This document shows, in pieces, positions 58,667 through 61,895 of a DNA stretch of 61,895 bases (position 1 is its first letter; each line of letters begins with the position of its first letter). This stretch comes from Carpediemonas membranifera BICM (Eukaryota; Protista; Fornicata), in assembly GCA_019828565.1 (NCBI GenBank), contig JAHDYR010000005.1:1253942-1315836 (forward strand), given 5' to 3'. The notes under the pieces are model-generated. The model was not told the origin of the DNA. It did no database searches and saw nothing but the letters and a program-made list of their open reading frames with translations. The translations under genes and the position numbers were made by a program.

Positions 58667-58762
58667 CTTGCTTCATAAATGACTGTTTATTGCCCAAATT
58701 TTTGTGTTGCGGCGTGACCGAATCGAACGAGAACATGAAAGCTCACCAACAAGGCAGATACT

Positions 58763-59395
58763 GTGATTACGGCGGAGGAATACCAGCAATACTACTCCTC
58801 TGATGACTTTGAGTCATTTGTTGCGGCCTGTGATGAAGCAGGCATTCGTTCTGCCCACAGCACCACGTTCTCCGTCACAGTGGACAAGAATGGCTTCAAC
58901 AGCGAGCTAGATCTGGCCATGGTGCCTCAGCATGCGCTTATGGGGCCGACAGTGGGCGATGGTATCCTTACCAACAAGAGCATCCCCAACGACGCAGTCA
59001 TTGGCATATACTGCGGCAAGATCATCCCCGAGCCCGAACCTGGTGCAGTCACGACCTACGTGACGAGGCTCAAGAAGCCTAACAACTTTGCTGTTGACTC
59101 GGCCGGCCTCACGTTCGGCTGTCACAAGATCAACGATGGTGCCGCTTTCTACAACGTCGTACCGGGGACGGCCTACGTTAATGTGCAGGTGGGGGACCAG
59201 AAGAAGCGTCTTCCCGTCATTCTTTACTTGGCGGATCGCGCTATTGCCAAGTTCGAGTACCTCTCGATCGAGTATGGCGAGCAGTACTGGCGTGGACGCA
59301 AGCCCATGGCCCTCTACCCCTTCTGTCTGGAGAAGATGCTTGCTGAGGCTGAGTATGAGGAGATCAACGATGTCTTAGACGCCGTTCTCTCCTAA
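58763..59395 (+). CDS. SET-domain lysine methyltransferase-like protein
   Basis: GDGILTNKSIP..VIGIYCGKII, VDS, KINDG..NV, YLADRAIAKFEYLSIEYGEQYW match SET motifs I-IV. Confidence 0.85.
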   Translation: MITAEEYQQYYSSDDFESFVAACDEAGIRSAHSTTFSVTVDKNGFNSELDLAMVPQHALMGPTVGDGILTNKSIPNDAVIGIYCGKIIPEPEPGAVTTYVTRLKKPNNFAVDSAGLTFGCHKINDGAAFYNVVPGTAYVNVQVGDQKKRLPVILYLADRAIAKFEYLSIEYGEQYWRGRKPMALYPFCLEKMLAEAEYEEINDVLDAVLS

Positions 59396-59687
59396 CCTAA
59401 ATTGAGATCCCAACAATTCATTGCTTTCAAAAAGTTCAAGGGTCCTTCTACCTGGCCCATCATCACTGGGATCCTCGTGCTTGGCGCCCACATCCCCGAT
59501 GTCACCCAAAAAGATCTAGAATTTTCCGAAAATCGGCTTCCCGACAATTTTCATTGATCCCTGACGCTCGATGGAACTGGATATTGCGTATCAACTGGTT
59601 TGCTCTGAAGGAGATGAAGTCTATTGAGTCTCTTAAGATCAATTCCATCACGATTCAGAAGGAAAAAGGTCCGGAAAGCTGTCATTC

Positions 59688-60422
59688 TTGCTTTTCGCGC
59701 AGTCTCCCGCGGGTAAGAAGTGGGTAACGAGCACACTGAGGCTCTGTGCTGACCGCTACAGCGCTTCGATCCAGTACAACGTGCAGAGCATGTTGTTTGG
59801 CATGAACTCCAACGCCACATTCAACGAGGAGGCAGCAATAGCGACTCTGCGCGTTCATGAGAGGCTCGTGACCCCGCTACACCAGTCAGTCTTCGCTAAC
59901 ATGGTCAGGGGCCAAGCACAAGACACCGACTCTAGACGATTTCCTCGATACCGCGTGTGTCTTCCCGACTTTACTGAGTTGGATCGCCTTGCCGCATGGG
60001 TGGGTGAGCGCAACCCCAGTGTCTGGGTCATCATGACGGAGGCTCGTATTACTGGCATGCTTTAGATGGTGAGATCTACTGAGCCGCTGCTTCGGGCCGT
60101 TGCTGACGACGTTGATAGATTCACGTTCGGCAGCCCTGAAAAGTTCCTCCAGTTAACCGACACGAGCCTTGACTATGCCGTCGAGAGTGTCCAGATCAAG
60201 GACTATGCCAATCGTCGCTGCCTTGTCAAGTGGATCGGGTATCCTGTGCCTGTCACCGTTCCGCTGACCGATACGTTGCGTGAGCTGGAGGCTGGGGAAA
60301 CCCTCGGGTTTGTGGGCGTGCGACGGGGAGATAACCTTCTCTGGGCGGGTCGTACAACCGGGGAAATTCAGAACAATCTTTTCAGGCGTCGGGAACCCGA
60401 GCGTGACGTTTCTGAGGGTAAA
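59688..60422 (+). CDS. Chromodomain-containing protein (interrupted by a stop at 60063-60065; truncated by the repeat)
   Basis: YAVESVQIKDYANRRCLVKWIGYP. Confidence 0.6.
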
Positions 60423-60662
60423 TCAAGACTATATTGTCCAATGAGGCTCTTTACATCGCCTTCTAGCTCGATATTGATGTTGTTAGTGATTTTCTGAGAG
60501 TACAGCACCAGTTTCGGTAATAGGGGACAGACGAGCTGAAACAACTACATGGCTCCGAACTACACGCGTCTCGGCGTTGATACATTGGTTATTAAATGCA
60601 CTGCTGGTAGCATATTGAGGATTTCGTCATTGTACTCGAATGCACAAGTGTGCAGTTTATGC
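60423..60662 (-). repeat. Dispersed internal repeat, copy 3
   Basis: Direct repeat of 57140-57379. Confidence 0.9.
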
Positions 60663-61399
60663 TTTCTCGGCCAGCCGACGATATTTACCACCACAGACAG
60701 CTGCATACAGGCTGTAGACTAGACATATACAGCAGGCTGAGTATTAATATAGCACCACTACCCACCTACAAACCGCGAATCAACCTCAAGGTCACATAAA
60801 CATAAGCGATACGGTCGGTATATCAATCCTTTTACTCTTACTTCTTCACTGACCATCTCCTCCTCTTCAGCCCGGGAGGAACCTTGCGCAGAGTGGCGTG
60901 TCCCCTTGTCACTTCGACCGCATACTCGATTTCCGCGACATCACTGTTGCGGGCAAAAACACGCCAGGGCGTCTGGCCGTTTTCGTTGGGCTTAAACGCG
61001 ACGTATTGTCACCTTGCCTCCTCAGACTTGCTTTAAAAACGTACATGCCGACGACTGGATCGATCTTTGGGTCAAAATCCCGGACAACATGGAGGTATGC
61101 AACGGACTTTCAGTCATTGAGCACCAGGCTTCAACAGCCCACTGAGTTAACCACTTCTCCTGCATGATTGGCTTACCGATGTTGCCCTCTCCGTGACGGT
61201 AGTGTACACTGCACACTTCATGGAAAAGTTCGTCCCGGAGACCCTCCCTCGGGCCGCCTGCACTTGAGTGGCCCGCCGGTTCATCTCTATCCGTTTCCTT
61301 TGTATATCTGCTCGCGGTAGTTGTCCGCCTTCGTCTCCGTTGCACACTGCTCTTCATTCGTCATCGTCTCCCCAGCTCTTGAACGCATGAGGGGCTCGT

Positions 61400-61895
61400 G
61401 ACGCCTCGATCATCATGAGCAGTGTGTTGTCACAGTTGCCGTGGGGCGGGGTTTTTATCTGACCTCGCAGCGCTCTTCTCCGGCTGATTGGCGACGTCAG
61501 CTCTAAACTTGACTTCCTGCTCCTCATCTGCTCAGGCTGGGTCGACGTGGTCGACCTGGATGCTCAACGTCCGACTCAGCCTCGAATGCCACCTCGTTGT
61601 CTGCCTCTTGCTCCTTATCTGCCTCCACGCTTTCTCCTCTGACTCTGCATTCACCTCTGACTCAGCCATCTCGTCCTCCTGCTCCTCCTCCTCTGCCTCA
61701 CCCTCCTCCACTGGCTCCTCTTCCTCCTCTGACTCCTCTCCGAGTCCTCTGGCCTGGCCTTCTCGGCTCAGCCTGGATGCAGGCGTCGCATTTGGTCACG
61801 TCCTCCTCTATGTGACTCACCCTTCCTCTCCTCTGTCCTGCCAGCTCCTCGTGTTGCCTCAGCGCTTCTTCCTCCTCTGTCACCGCATCTCCTCC
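61400..61895 (-). pseudogene. Fragment related to the OTU-like gene 37529-38998 (runs off the window)
   Basis: KCDACIQAEP matches TCDACIQTEP. GGCCTGGCCTTCTCGG is shared. CDNTLL (GGCAACTGTGAC on the minus strand near 61430) may be the GNC motif. Confidence 0.4.

Larger units (their letters stand above)
52549..61895. mobile_element. TIR DNA transposon D (A-type TIR); right end not seen in window
   Basis: Begins CATACTGTCAACATCCCTAGATTATC in the middle of the DIRS-2 RT. 52626-53256 matches the subterminal region of B (30666-31297, inverted). Shares internal repeats and cargo with A and C. Confidence 0.8.

Noticed and set aside
57140-60662. Integron-like system driven by the recombinase-like cargo gene
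   Set aside because: The putative recombinase lacks catalytic residues and the flanking repeats show no attC-like structure. Kept only as a cassette observation.

Overview
Eukaryotic (probably protist) DNA made almost entirely of nested transposable elements around one host gene, a tRNA-His(GUG) at 17583-17654. (1) Three head-to-tail copies of a CRE-like non-LTR retrotransposon (RT plus restriction-like endonuclease) lie at 8497-17581. The copies are separated by duplicated 5' ends of the tRNA-His gene, and the intact gene follows the last copy. (2) Just downstream of the tRNA, on the minus strand, is a stack of tyrosine-recombinase (DIRS-order, PAT-like) retroelements: complete DIRS-1 (17698-21545), a solo terminal unit, and DIRS-2 (21737 to at least 52548). 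(3) DIRS-2 is split by two chromodomain Ty3/Gypsy elements with very short LTRs (112 bp and 55 bp), 4-bp TSDs and a 12-bp palindrome where the primer-binding site should be. (4) Four CACTA/CMC-like TIR DNA transposons with CATRCWGTCAA ends (A: <1-8496, B: 24583-31373, C: 33522-43815, D: 52549->61895) sit inside retroelement ORFs; B and C have 2-bp TSDs. They carry unusual cargo: PHD/FYVE-like finger, protein kinase, OTU-like protease, SET domain, chromodomain, HEPN-like RNase and a degenerate tyrosine-recombinase-like gene. Many frameshifts fall in homopolymers and may be long-read errors. All protein calls come from motif reading by eye, not from database searches.
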